64,000 bases of DNA from an uncultured Gammaproteobacteria bacterium (GCA_964596525.1 CAZQUL010000001.1:268830-332829); one strand, 5' to 3'; positions 7,767 through 17,639 are shown, counted from the stretch's first letter. The notes: a model not told the origin generated them from the letters alone. Program-made: numbers and translations.

Positions 7767-9212
7767 TTAGAATGTCACGGTAAACGGAATTTCTTTGAGC
7801 TTGATAGCAGGCTTACCGTCGTTCAACTGGAGATAGACATGAAAACTCCAGTTTCCCACGTCGTAGGGACGAGCCTGGGGAAAAGCGTAGGCCCGGCTCC
7901 ACACCCAGGGTTCAACGACCGTATAAGAATACGGTTCGTCTTTCCACTGGAGCTGGCCGTTTTTGTAGACGTGGGTAATGAACTTAAAGTTGCGGTTGAT
8001 GTTCTCTACGTACAGCATGCCGTAAACGGTCGGATTGACGTAGGGATTGATCGTCGTTACCGCCGGACAGGTGTATGTCCAGTTCGTGTCCGCACCGCCT
8101 TGGGGCGGCCGGTTGCACACTACGCCGTTGCCGTTATGCACGAACGGCGCGCTTTCGGCCACCGTGAACGCGGCCTTGGCCACAGGGAAACTCGGGAATT
8201 GATCCGTGGTTTTCACGTAGTAGCGGATTTCCCAGTTCCCCGGCTTGTCAGGGTAGACCCAGGGCCAAAAGTAGGATCGCTCCCATCCCCAGGGGTCGAC
8301 GCCGGTCGCCTGCCATTCCTGCGTATTCACGATCTGCTCGGCGCGCGGCCCGAAACGGACTTCGGCGCGGTAGGAAAAATCGTGCGGAATGGCGTCGATA
8401 CGGAACATGCCCCAGACCGGTTCTTTGGTGCGAAATACCGTCTTCGGGGTGCAGGAGTACACCCAGTTGGTAGACGCTCCGCCGGTCGGTTCGGTGGCGC
8501 AGAGGGTGGGGTTATTGGCGGGGTTGTAGGTGAAACCGTTGGTGGAGGGGTAGAAACGGTCAACCTGGTAATCAAGAAAAGGAACGTCTTCCAGTTTCAC
8601 GTTAGCCAACGCGGGATTGTTCTTAGAACTATCGTTGTTATAACGGATACTGAAGTGCAGGTGCGGGCTTTCTGTCCCGCTCCATCCCATCTTTCCTAAT
8701 TTCTGTCCACGAACGACATTTTGCCCTGGTACGACCACAATCGTTCCAGGCGTAAGATGGGTGTACTCGGTTTCATAACCACTCCCCCGCCTGGAGCTGC
8801 CAGAGTGGTTAATAAAAACCTTGCAAGCAGCATTTTGCAGACCATTACCACAATCACCCGCTTCGGTAGCCAAGCTAACTTTTCCGTCAGCCGCAGCTAA
8901 AACATCAATCTGACCATCGCCTTTGTCGAAAAACTGACCATCGACGTAGAAGTTATCACCAAAGTCGATAGCGTGGTGATAAACTCCCGAGTGAAAAGTG
9001 ACGAGAAGAGACCAAAAGCCGGGATTCGTGTTCACTTTCCATCGTATGCCAGCCGGAAGTGGCATGAAAAGTTTTGGTCCAGCATATGTTGAGGATTGAC
9101 GATGTTCAAAAACATCATCAGGAATCTCATTTCCACAGCCGGGCAACTGAAACGCGCTCACGAAACTAAGCGCTATCATAGCAATGCCACCAAAGAACGA
9201 ACGGATTGACAT
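7767..9212 (-). CDS. secreted M23-family metallopeptidase with two tandem C-terminal ~100-aa repeat domains
   Basis: Signal peptide. HHAIDFG and SPHLHFSI motifs (HxxxD / HxH of LytM-type M23). C-terminal repeats: TLCATEPTGGASTNWVYSCTP...FPVAKAAFTV followed by VVCNRPPQGGADTNWTYTCPA...IKLKEIPFTVTF. Confidence 0.8.
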   Translation of the reverse strand: MSIRSFFGGIAMIALSFVSAFQLPGCGNEIPDDVFEHRQSSTYAGPKLFMPLPAGIRWKVNTNPGFWSLLVTFHSGVYHHAIDFGDNFYVDGQFFDKGDGQIDVLAAADGKVSLATEAGDCGNGLQNAACKVFINHSGSSRRGSGYETEYTHLTPGTIVVVPGQNVVRGQKLGKMGWSGTESPHLHFSIRYNNDSSKNNPALANVKLEDVPFLDYQVDRFYPSTNGFTYNPANNPTLCATEPTGGASTNWVYSCTPKTVFRTKEPVWGMFRIDAIPHDFSYRAEVRFGPRAEQIVNTQEWQATGVDPWGWERSYFWPWVYPDKPGNWEIRYYVKTTDQFPSFPVAKAAFTVAESAPFVHNGNGVVCNRPPQGGADTNWTYTCPAVTTINPYVNPTVYGMLYVENINRNFKFITHVYKNGQLQWKDEPYSYTVVEPWVWSRAYAFPQARPYDVGNWSFHVYLQLNDGKPAIKLKEIPFTVTF

Positions 9213-9307
9213 GACATACCCCTTGGTACGTTGTTTACTGCAGTGGCCTGAATACTCAGACCATCAAGGCTTCCTTTTAATAATAAGAAAACCTTGTGAT
9301 CAAAACA

Positions 9308-9982
9308 TTACGGGCTAAAAGTAAGTGTCTGTACTATTTTTTTAATTTGATCGTACGAAAAATTCGTTTCATCAAAGACAAGTGCGGCGACGGGGAACGA
9401 AGCATTTTTTAAAGGAATCAAAACGGTAATAAAACGGGGCCTTCCCTCATTCCATTCGTAAAAAAACTGCACACCATCTCGGTATAGAGAAATCGTCCTT
9501 CGACCGAGGACAAAGGATTCAAGAAAATTAAAACTTTTGAACTTGTAAATTCCCAACGGAGATACAATGAGACTGGTTGAAGCAAATGGGGAAAAAGCTC
9601 CATCATAGGAAAAATCGGGTGATCGCGCAACTACGGTTACGCGCACCTGATCATTCATGGCAGCAGAAACATACGATTTCATATGAGGACCATCACAACG
9701 GCTTTCAGCTTTTGCGCAATCCTCAAGCCCACCCCGTATTTCTAAATCGCGAAATGGCAACCTCATCTCAAATCCCAATTCTTGGAATTCATACAAAGGC
9801 CATTCACTGACCGGACGATCTATCAGTAAATTAAAAGTTGTTGAAGATTGGACAATTACGGCGGGAGTAGAACTCGAAGAAGTCATTGTATCGGGCTGTT
9901 CGGAAGACGGTTTGGACAGACAACTAGCTCCAAGCATGAGTCCGATGAGTCCGGTTATAGCCAGCAAGTTAGTTTTTTTCAT
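9308..9982 (-). CDS. lipoprotein, function unknown
   Basis: Start at MKKTNLLAITGLIGLMLGASC (lipobox) inside ORF 9308..10078. Ser/Thr-rich linker. Confidence 0.6.
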   Translation of the reverse strand: MKKTNLLAITGLIGLMLGASCLSKPSSEQPDTMTSSSSTPAVIVQSSTTFNLLIDRPVSEWPLYEFQELGFEMRLPFRDLEIRGGLEDCAKAESRCDGPHMKSYVSAAMNDQVRVTVVARSPDFSYDGAFSPFASTSLIVSPLGIYKFKSFNFLESFVLGRRTISLYRDGVQFFYEWNEGRPRFITVLIPLKNASFPVAALVFDETNFSYDQIKKIVQTLTFSP

Positions 9983-10079
9983 AGTGTTGGTAGTGTTGTA
10001 CTTAGACTTAATATCACAGGCATTATGAAATTGTCTTAAAATATTTCTACGGTTCTTACTATGACCAATCCTCTTCATC

Positions 10080-11363
10080 TCAAAAAGCTACCACTTCTCC
10101 CAAATCACCACTCGCAATCTTTTCCTTTCGATCAAAGGTTCCTTCTACACGCCATAGAGTAGACGAGGCTCCGTAACCTTCGCGCACAATACTGAATCCT
10201 TTTGCTGGACCGCCCGATAAAACTTCTTCACGTATATACGAATAGCGCACGGATGAAGACACAAACGTGGCTGTTTTTTTGTTGGTATCGACGAGGAATG
10301 TTTTAACGATGACGGGAAGCTGCTCTTGAGTATCGATATCAATTGAAATGATATGTTGGCCAGTTGAGGGATTTAATTTCCAATCACCAACCCACGGGTA
10401 GCTACTACTCACTACCAGAGGAATTATAGCCGTACGCATAAAGTTCGTATCGTAAAGTTCGAGCCGGGGAATGGGATCTATTTCCGGAGAAGCTTCATCC
10501 CACATGGTACGAAAAGCGAGCACATGCCGAGCGTCAGAGAAACCGAGAACATCAAGCCCGCCTTCGATACTCGGAGTATTAATCGTTTTACTAAGGACTT
10601 TTCTCTGATTATCATAAACACTCCATCCTCCCCCTTCGTAGTATCCTAGCTGAAGAAGCGCAAAACGCCGGTCCATCGTCCAATCCAGGAAGCGGTATGA
10701 CAAGCACGCGCTTACGGTAAATTCAGGACGCGTGAATAATCTTTGTGAGTTCGTATTATATACTTTTCCGGTGTCGGCTATAAAAAAGAGTTCGTGAGGC
10801 TTTAAAAATTGTACGCTTCTAACCATGCCATTGGTTTTTTTGGTTTGGAAGACAATTTTTCTTTGTTTGGTTTTAAGGTTGTAGAGGACGAGAGTGTCAC
10901 CGGAAAGGTCTGTACAGTCGAGGGCCATGCCGGAAAGAGAAGCAAAATCGAGGGGTTTAGCCCGGTATGTATAGGCGAGCCATGTTTTACTAGGTGAAAG
11001 AACGAGATGACGAATAGGGAATTTTTCGTCCAAAATCTTTATCAGATGTATTGAAGATGAAATGTCCGCGCGCCAGATCGTTCTGTCTTCACTATATATG
11101 ATATTTTTTGAGGCGCCGTTAGCAGAAATAACGGTGGCCCCCGGTGGGAGCACGCGGGGGTCGGGAGTTTCAGGTATTGATGAAGGTGCGGAATCCGCTG
11201 CCGTTGCAGCAGACTCTACGGATTGAGGGAGTGGGACGGGAGGCTGAACATTACGAGGTGGGACAGACACAGAATCTCGCCCTACAAACGCGATAAAAAT
11301 ACTTATAACAACGATACCGACAAAACCTGTACCGATTAAGATAATGCGCTGTGTTAGATTCAT
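10080..11363 (-). CDS. membrane-anchored protein with a Pro-rich linker and a beta-rich extracellular domain, function unknown
   Basis: N-terminal TM segment IILIGTGFVGIVVISIFIAFV, then a P/S/A linker, then a ~330-aa hydrophilic domain. Confidence 0.6.
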   Translation of the reverse strand: MNLTQRIILIGTGFVGIVVISIFIAFVGRDSVSVPPRNVQPPVPLPQSVESAATAADSAPSSIPETPDPRVLPPGATVISANGASKNIIYSEDRTIWRADISSSIHLIKILDEKFPIRHLVLSPSKTWLAYTYRAKPLDFASLSGMALDCTDLSGDTLVLYNLKTKQRKIVFQTKKTNGMVRSVQFLKPHELFFIADTGKVYNTNSQRLFTRPEFTVSACLSYRFLDWTMDRRFALLQLGYYEGGGWSVYDNQRKVLSKTINTPSIEGGLDVLGFSDARHVLAFRTMWDEASPEIDPIPRLELYDTNFMRTAIIPLVVSSSYPWVGDWKLNPSTGQHIISIDIDTQEQLPVIVKTFLVDTNKKTATFVSSSVRYSYIREEVLSGGPAKGFSIVREGYGASSTLWRVEGTFDRKEKIASGDLGEVVAF

Positions 11364-11526
11364 AGATACAAGACGCTTGAAATGACTGGAATGACTTTAG
11401 TATACCAGCCCAACCAAAAACACCGACGCGCAGTCGATGTTTAGAGAAATTGTACAGCGTGAAAAAATGTGCGCAAGGCTTTGGTGTGGACAAGAAATAC
11501 ATGCGCAGTTACAGCTTGACAAAATG

Positions 11527-11555
11527 ACGTAAAATAGCTATACTTTGGAGTTATT
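11527..11555 (+). promoter_or_regulatory. sigma70-type promoter (TTGACA-17-TATACT)
   Basis: Consensus -35, 17-nt spacer and TATACT -10, about 80 nt upstream of the ATG at 11638. Confidence 0.5.
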
Positions 11556-11637
11556 TCTGGAGAACGATTGCTGTCTTGGGCACCTGTATCTCTGGTGTCA
11601 AAGCTCATCAACCGTTCAGACTACGGAGGAACAAACC

Positions 11638-12474
11638 ATGGGACGTGCAAACTTTTGGACCGATCAGGCTGCGAAAGAAGGTTGGAAGACGTTTCTCGCC
11701 ACCTTTCCGCACCGGCGCTTCGTCGTGGGACTCGCGCATATCGCAGCATTTCTCGCAAAGCGCGGTAGCACGTCCCTGGACTGGGATCCGTTCATTGCAA
11801 CCACACGTACTCTGGCGGACAAATACCTGGTCGTTGACACGGAAGAGGACCTGCAGTGCCACACCTTCGTGACGGAGGGCGGCACTCATACCGTGGACGA
11901 GCCCACCATGCGCGCTGCATGGGCCGGATGGTACGAAGCTTGCCGGATTCACCAGCTCTCGCGTACGTTCACCACCGACGACCTGCGTGCTGCGTATCCC
12001 AGTACGAACGTGCTCTGCCTGACGATCAACTTCGCCCGGGCATGCCTCGAGAGCCCCTTCATGCAGGGCAAGGCCGATGAGGTAGAGAGAGCGACCGTGC
12101 TGGTCGAGGATCTGCTCCGTTCGAGCTACAGGAAAGCCATTCAGCTCCCATCGCGGGAGGTCATGAGGCACCCGGAATACGTTGCGCTGGAAATGGCCGA
12201 TGCTGCGTACTGCAATCGCTGGTTCGCGCTCATTCCCTGCTGGCACGAACGCTGCGCTGACACGGCGCAGGGCCGACACGCCCACATTCTGCCGTGGGAG
12301 TGGCCGCACTGGGCCGAGCCGGAGATCGACTTTCCGACTATCCGCTCGCGGCATCAGGGCGAACGTGTCATTACCGAGCGCTTCGGCAACCGCAAGCTGG
12401 GACCAAGCGCCTTTCAGGAACTCCTGAACAGCCTGGATCGTTCCGGTCTGCCGCAGATCCTGCCGCTCCGGTAG
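11638..12474 (+). CDS. hypothetical protein (high GC, no recognisable domain)
   Basis: GGAGG RBS 8 nt upstream of the MGRANFWTDQ start. 278 aa, Trp/Cys/His-rich. Confidence 0.55.
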   Translation: MGRANFWTDQAAKEGWKTFLATFPHRRFVVGLAHIAAFLAKRGSTSLDWDPFIATTRTLADKYLVVDTEEDLQCHTFVTEGGTHTVDEPTMRAAWAGWYEACRIHQLSRTFTTDDLRAAYPSTNVLCLTINFARACLESPFMQGKADEVERATVLVEDLLRSSYRKAIQLPSREVMRHPEYVALEMADAAYCNRWFALIPCWHERCADTAQGRHAHILPWEWPHWAEPEIDFPTIRSRHQGERVITERFGNRKLGPSAFQELLNSLDRSGLPQILPLR

Positions 12475-12548
12475 CGCACCTTCCCGCCAGATATCAAGCC
12501 GAGCACTCAGTTGCTCGGTTTTCGTTTTCTTTGTACGCTAGTTGCACT

Positions 12549-13382
12549 ATGCCCTCCCCTACCCTGCGTGAACTCAGAAAATTCCAGCGAACGGTTTGGG
12601 ATTTTTATGACAAAAATAAACGCGCCTTCGCCTGGCGCGAGACGACGGATCCGTACCAGATAACGGTGTCGGAAATCATGCTGCAGCAAACGCAGACCGA
12701 GCGAGTGGCAAAAAAATTCCCGGAATTCTTGGCAGCGTTTTCGACCTGGAAAAAACTTGCCGACGCTCCGCTCCCCGACCTTTTACGCGTGTGGCAGGGC
12801 ATGGGTTACAACCGCCGCGCCATCGCGCTTCAAAAAATCGCAGTGCGCGTAGTGAACGAATTTGAAGGACAGCTTCCCAACAATCCGGAAATACTCGAAA
12901 CGTTTCCCGGCATCGGACCCAACACCGCCGGTTCCATCTGCGCCTTTGCCTTCAACGCGCCGACGGTATTCATCGAAACCAATATTCGCGCGGTATTTCT
13001 GCATCATTTTTTTGCCGATCAAACCAAGGTGCACGACAAAGAATTACTGCCGATCGTAGAAGCCGCGCTCGTTACCGAACGTGCGCGTGAATGGTACTAC
13101 GCGCTTATGGATTATGGCGTGTATCTTAAAAAACTCCACAAAAATCCCGCACGGCGCAGTGCGCACCACGCGCGACAATCCGCATTCGAAGGTTCGGACC
13201 GGCAAATCCGGAGCGGAATTTTGAAACTGTTATTAAAAATGACAGAGGCGTCGCTTGAAACCATTTTTGGAAACTTTCCCGATACCGACAACGAGCGCGT
13301 GGAGCGTTTGCTTGGACAGCTGGTACACGAAGGCTTTGTAGCGAACGAAAAAGGCATTTTTTGCATCCGTTCGGAAAAATAA
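12549..13382 (+). CDS. HhH-GPD superfamily DNA glycosylase (MutY/Nth-like N-terminal domain, no Fe-S cysteine cluster)
   Basis: ITVSEIMLQQTQTERV...GMGYNRRA...FPGIGPNTAGSICAFAF...IETNIRAV aligns with the helix-hairpin-helix and Gly/Pro-Asp region of EndoIII/MutY. No C-x6-C-x2-C-x5-C cluster at the C-terminus. No catalytic Lys in the GIGPNTA motif, so probably monofunctional. Confidence 0.7.
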   Translation: MPSPTLRELRKFQRTVWDFYDKNKRAFAWRETTDPYQITVSEIMLQQTQTERVAKKFPEFLAAFSTWKKLADAPLPDLLRVWQGMGYNRRAIALQKIAVRVVNEFEGQLPNNPEILETFPGIGPNTAGSICAFAFNAPTVFIETNIRAVFLHHFFADQTKVHDKELLPIVEAALVTERAREWYYALMDYGVYLKKLHKNPARRSAHHARQSAFEGSDRQIRSGILKLLLKMTEASLETIFGNFPDTDNERVERLLGQLVHEGFVANEKGIFCIRSEK

Positions 13383-13437
13383 AAAGGAGGCTGGAAATTC
13401 CAACCTCACTGTGGGGGCGAATATGCGCCGTAAAATG

Positions 13438-13632
13438 CTAGCGCGCGGAGAAGCTGCGGCGGGGCAGGGTTTCAACGGCCGTGATCAGCTCGTTGCAGCT
13501 ATAGCCGACGATCCCATTGATAATGAGGAATAGAAGTGCGATGCCCGCTTTGGACAGCGGGCGATTGCGCGAAAACGATTCGTCGTCAGGCCTAGACGGT
13601 TCTTTAGAAACTCGAAACGAAGACATGTACAC
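13438..13632 (-). CDS. possible small membrane protein (64 aa)
   Basis: GGAGGTG RBS 6 nt upstream of the ATG. One TM segment, AGIALLFLIINGIVGY. Confidence 0.35.
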   Translation of the reverse strand: MYMSSFRVSKEPSRPDDESFSRNRPLSKAGIALLFLIINGIVGYSCNELITAVETLPRRSFSAR

Positions 13633-13687
13633 CTCCAGGGCAGGATACTACGTGTTTTTTTGCGTTTCGTCAAGGTTTAAAGGCGCA

Positions 13688-13722
13688 AAACTAAAAGCAA
13701 ACGACCGGCGTTGAGCCGGTCG
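13688..13722 (-). terminator. rho-independent terminator
   Basis: cgaccggc-gttga-gccggtcg hairpin; a T-rich tract follows on the minus strand, downstream of the 13754 gene. Confidence 0.6.
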
Positions 13723-13753
13723 GGAGGAGCGCTCGCGTGTAGCGGCGAGCGTA

Positions 13754-14947
13754 TTAGATCTTACGGAAGACGGTGTAGTGGATGGCAAGATCCTTCGTGC
13801 GAAACGCGGCAACGGTTCGCCTGAATATCACCCGATCACCGTGACGAGGGCTTTTTTCTGTCAGCTGCCTCATGTTGTACAGAAAAATCGCCTCACCCAC
13901 GACGACGATCGCTTCGAAGATGGGCGGTCCCCCTTCATCGCCCTCAACCTTGGTGATCTTTTCTACCGTACCCACGGCACACCCTGCTTTGGCCAGCCGC
14001 CTTTCCAAATACTCCTTAACGTTAGGCGGGAAATCAGCCCATCTCATGCAGGCCGTACGATACAACCCGACGAGATCCGTTTCACGATCGAGAAGTTCAT
14101 CAATGGCCACGGCTTCGTTTGGAGTTGCGGCGTGCGAACGAAGTGCCCACAGCCACAAGAGCGGCGCTTTCGCTCCCGCACGGCGGCGGACGTTATGAAC
14201 GATCTGCCACTGCGTCTTAATCTCGAGCGAGCGCAACTGACTGATCGTAAGTGATTCGACATCATCGAGCGACTGCACCGCATGTTCGATGAGTTGGCGG
14301 GCATTTTCTCCGGAACCGAGCCCGGCTCCGATGTAATCCGGGTAGATAAGGCCAATCTCCGGATGCTTGCGGAGCGCGACCTCAAACAGCGGCACGAGCC
14401 ACTCACCGGGGAACTTGTGAAAGTCGCACTGCGGCCAGTTCTTGATAGTCTCGACGATGCAGTCGGTCTTACCGCGCTCGGGCGTGACGCTCTCGAACCT
14501 CTGGCAGACGAGCGCGAGAACATGCTGACGGGGAATGCCGGCGTGAAGCAGCGCACCGACATGCTGCGCACTGCCCCAGCGCACGAAGTATTCGTCAGCA
14601 AATTCCTTCGCCGCGGCGGGCGTGGGGAAAAGGATCTTGAACGTGCGCTTGTCCGCCATATAGATCTGGAAAACGCGCGCCGCCGGATACGATCGGATAA
14701 ACGCGAGCGGGTCGTCGATAAGACCCTTAAAGTCATGGGGAAAGCGCCAGAGCACGTCACCACCGATCGAAAGATCGTGGGCATGAGCGCGTTCATCATC
14801 GGTCCAGATAGCTTCGATCATCTCCTCAACCGACAAGCCGCCGGTGATTAAAGCATTTTCCAATCTTTCGCGGAATTCTTTGATTTCCGAAGGGTTGGTT
14901 AACACGGTGGGTTGAGGCAGGATAGGAACGCACGACGTATCGTTCAT
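13754..14947 (-). CDS. hypothetical protein (397 aa, high GC)
   Basis: GAGG RBS. Start MNDTSCVPIL inside ORF 13754..15055. No recognisable motifs. Confidence 0.55.
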   Translation of the reverse strand: MNDTSCVPILPQPTVLTNPSEIKEFRERLENALITGGLSVEEMIEAIWTDDERAHAHDLSIGGDVLWRFPHDFKGLIDDPLAFIRSYPAARVFQIYMADKRTFKILFPTPAAAKEFADEYFVRWGSAQHVGALLHAGIPRQHVLALVCQRFESVTPERGKTDCIVETIKNWPQCDFHKFPGEWLVPLFEVALRKHPEIGLIYPDYIGAGLGSGENARQLIEHAVQSLDDVESLTISQLRSLEIKTQWQIVHNVRRRAGAKAPLLWLWALRSHAATPNEAVAIDELLDRETDLVGLYRTACMRWADFPPNVKEYLERRLAKAGCAVGTVEKITKVEGDEGGPPIFEAIVVVGEAIFLYNMRQLTEKSPRHGDRVIFRRTVAAFRTKDLAIHYTVFRKI

Positions 14948-15080
14948 GATTTTACCTCTCACGTACGGGTTTACGAAGGCGGAAAAGAACGGTTTCAGCT
15001 GTCGATTTCTGCTAGCGCATAAACAAAAATCGGCAGCCAAAGTACGCGTCACCATATCACGGACTATTCGTTATGTCAAT

Positions 15081-15100
15081 CATTTATCTACTCCCTACGC
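15081..15100 (-). repeat. solo copy of the CGTAGG..GTAGGGAGTAG motif
   Basis: The plus strand reads actccctacgctccgacg, the same orientation as the right flank at 4555..4580. Confidence 0.45.
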
Positions 15101-15107
15101 TCCGACG

Positions 15108-15144
15108 TTCTATTCCCTAAAAACACAAAAGCCGTCACACGAGG
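15108..15144 (-). repeat. duplicated terminator (37-nt identical repeat, copy 1)
   Basis: ctaaaaacacaaaagccgtcacacgaggtaacggctg is identical to 16424..16460. On the minus strand it forms the gccgt..acggc hairpin plus T-run 3' of paralog A. Confidence 0.7.
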
Positions 15145-15211
15145 TAACGGCTGAGAATGAACAAAAGGGAATGAAAGTTGGAATCGAACTAAAGGCGAGA
15201 AGCGGTAGGCA

Positions 15212-16186
15212 CTACAGGTTCTCGACGAGGCAGGATCCCGTCTCGCCCATGTAGAGCGTGGTGCAGGGATCGCTCTCGAGCTGGCCGTCCTGGCGGAGGT
15301 AGGCCTTGCGGACCTGGACGTTCGCGCCGGTGCGCAGTACGGCGACCTCGTCGCCCGTACGACCCACGGTGTAGATCTTGTTGGGCGCGGCCGGAACCGT
15401 GACGCAGGTGCCCGTGGCGTTGCAGACGTTGACGTTACCACTCACGACGGTGAGGGCGATGAGGCCGAGGTAGACACGGCTCGTTCCCTTCTTCACGAAG
15501 GTGCCGCTGTCCGTCCGATCGAAGGCGTAGGGCGCGTTCCAAGAGAGGGAACGCGGGTCAGCGAGAGTCGACGGGCCCTGGACGCACACGAGGGTGGGGT
15601 CGGTCATGTCGCGCACGGCGGAGCTGCACGGGATGATCGGGGCGACGTACGGGCAGCCGCGGCGGTTCGGATCCGGCGTGGCACCCTGCGCCTCGTCCGG
15701 GCACTGGTCGTCGGCATCCAGCACCCCATCCATGTCGCGATCCTGGGGCATCGGGGTCACGATGGGCATGTCGTTCTTGATGCCCAGGACGACCTCGTCG
15801 ATCTTCTTGAAGGTCCCCTCGAAGCCCGGCGTCGCCAGGTAGGCGCACCAGGCCGGAATGACCTGACCCTGCTCGATCCGGTAGACATACCGGATGTTAT
15901 GCTGGGCGGTGAGCTTCTCCAGACACTGGACCTGGAGCATCTTGTCACCATCCGGGCAGACGACCGCTTCGAACATGATGTCGGCTCCGTAGAAGCTGAT
16001 CCAGCCGCCGGTCTTGGCAGCCTCGGTGCCAGCCTTGTCCATCTTTTCCTGGATGTACATGCCGGCCAGGGAGCTGGGCTTGCCCTCGGTGCAGTAGCTG
16101 ATCTCGCGCTCCGACAGCAGTCCGCAGCCGGACACGAAGGAAGCAAGGCCAACAGCGGCGACCACAAGGCCCTTGGAATTCTTCAT
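15212..16186 (-). CDS. lipoprotein with a thrombospondin-type-3 / OmpA-like calcium-binding repeat (paralog A)
   Basis: AAGGAG RBS. Lipobox LASFVSGC. DRDMDGVLDADDQCPDEAQGATPDPNRRGCP matches DxDxDGxxDxxDxCP. Cys-rich. Paralogous to 16518..17522 and 43193..44119. Confidence 0.75.
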   Translation of the reverse strand: MKNSKGLVVAAVGLASFVSGCGLLSEREISYCTEGKPSSLAGMYIQEKMDKAGTEAAKTGGWISFYGADIMFEAVVCPDGDKMLQVQCLEKLTAQHNIRYVYRIEQGQVIPAWCAYLATPGFEGTFKKIDEVVLGIKNDMPIVTPMPQDRDMDGVLDADDQCPDEAQGATPDPNRRGCPYVAPIIPCSSAVRDMTDPTLVCVQGPSTLADPRSLSWNAPYAFDRTDSGTFVKKGTSRVYLGLIALTVVSGNVNVCNATGTCVTVPAAPNKIYTVGRTGDEVAVLRTGANVQVRKAYLRQDGQLESDPCTTLYMGETGSCLVENL

Positions 16187-16274
16187 CTGGACACTCCTTT
16201 TCCTGTTGTCTAGGCTCTGTTGAGCCGTTTTAGAGAACTTCTTCGCACTGGCTTCACCAGGCGATTACAAGTAT

Positions 16275-16304
16275 CAGGATACCATATTTTTGTCACTTTG
16301 TCAA
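16275..16304 (-). promoter_or_regulatory. sigma70-type promoter (TTGACA-17-TATCCT)
   Basis: Minus-strand TTGACA at 16299-16304; shares the tgtcaaga(t/a)ataacgg core with the promoter of paralog B. Confidence 0.45.
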
Positions 16305-16423
16305 GATAATAACGGAATGGGTTTATGGTCTTTTTTCTCTGCAAATAAAGATGGTATTTATATAAAGAATCGACCAACTGTGGTCGATTTGTAGTGTGCG
16401 CCCGCTCATCTCGCATCCTTACT

Positions 16424-16460
16424 TTAAAAACACAAAAGCCGTCACACGAGGTAACGGCTG
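16424..16460 (-). repeat. duplicated terminator (copy 2)
   Basis: Identical 37-mer 3' of paralog B. Confidence 0.7.
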
Positions 16461-16517
16461 GCAATGCAAAAGAGAATTCGAATCGGAATCAGAATGTACG
16501 TCGGTAGACGATGAGAG

Positions 16518-17522
16518 CTACAGTCCCGACGGGCGGCAGGAGTCGGTGATCATGTTGTCCAGCGTGGTGCAGACCATGCTCTTGGTCACGCCATCCTCGT
16601 AGTAGGCGATCCGGAACTTGGTACCGGCGACGTCCGGGCGGACCGAGACGTACTCGTCACCCGGACGACCGATGGCGAAGATGGTGTTGGCCTTGTTCGT
16701 GAACGAGCTGCAGACGCCGTTCGCGGAGCAGGCCTGGAAGGAGCCGCTCAGGAAGGAGCCGCCGCTGTCGAGGACGATGATGCCGGCGATGATGCGCTTG
16801 CCCTGGACCATCTGCCAGGTGCCGCTCGCGGCCTGATCGAAGGCGTAGGGCGCGGTCCACGAGGTGGTGCGCAGCACGCCGATCTTGGAGGGGTTCTGCA
16901 CGCAGGCGCGCGAGCCGTCATTGCTCCAGCCGAGCGCGCTGCACGTCTCGATGGGCATGGTCGTGCCCGGGCAGCCGCGGCGCATTTGGTCCGGGTTGGC
17001 ACCGGCCACGGTGTCGGGGCAGACGTCGTCCTGATCGCGCACGCCGTCCTGGTCACGATCCGGGCAGCCCTGGAGGGTGCCGGCCGTCATCGGGCACTGG
17101 TCGTGCTCACCGAGGTATCCGTCCTTGTCCGGGTCCGCGGCCGGGTTCATCGGATCGAGCGAGGCGATGACCGTCTGGATGTCCTGGTCGTTCGGGTGGG
17201 CCAGGCACGAGGTCGGCGCGCTCTCACCCTTCGTCACGCGCCGCACGAGGGGCGAGTACTCCGGGGTCGTACGGTTCCAGAGGCAGGCGCGCTGGTCGAG
17301 GACGTTCTTGTCCGAGCAGCACGCGACCGCGCCGGTCTTCATGGTCCAGACGCAGTAGCCGCCATCGGTGGCGCAGGCGGCGTTGCACTCCTTGGCGCTC
17401 TTCTCGTAGGCCGCGCGCTCGGGAGCGTTCCCGGGCATGTCGCAGAGATCAGCGGTGCAGCCATTCAGAGCCACCATGAAAAGCACGGTGAAAAGGCACG
17501 CAAGGCTTCGAGCGATGAACAT
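16518..17522 (-). CDS. lipoprotein with two TSP3-type calcium-binding repeats (paralog B)
   Basis: GAGAGG RBS. LACLFTVLFMVALNGC. DPDKDGYLGEHDQCP and DRDQDGVRDQDDVCPDTVAGANPDQMRRGCP. The C-terminal half aligns with paralog A (WTAPYAFD..SGTW...VLDSGGSF). Confidence 0.75.
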   Translation of the reverse strand: MFIARSLACLFTVLFMVALNGCTADLCDMPGNAPERAAYEKSAKECNAACATDGGYCVWTMKTGAVACCSDKNVLDQRACLWNRTTPEYSPLVRRVTKGESAPTSCLAHPNDQDIQTVIASLDPMNPAADPDKDGYLGEHDQCPMTAGTLQGCPDRDQDGVRDQDDVCPDTVAGANPDQMRRGCPGTTMPIETCSALGWSNDGSRACVQNPSKIGVLRTTSWTAPYAFDQAASGTWQMVQGKRIIAGIIVLDSGGSFLSGSFQACSANGVCSSFTNKANTIFAIGRPGDEYVSVRPDVAGTKFRIAYYEDGVTKSMVCTTLDNMITDSCRPSGL

Positions 17523-17610
17523 GGAGAACCTCTCTTTCTTTCTCTCTGTTTTTCAAAAGGCGTTGATGGGCGCCGTAGATTTATGCCGTTTATGGCAACT
17601 ACGACGCGCC

Positions 17611-17639
17611 ATTATAGTCTTTTTTTATGATTATGTCAA
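17611..17639 (-). promoter_or_regulatory. consensus sigma70 promoter (TTGACA-17-TATAAT)
   Basis: Minus strand reads cTTGACAtaatcataaaaaaagacTATAATggcg, about 80 nt upstream of the paralog B start. Confidence 0.6.
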
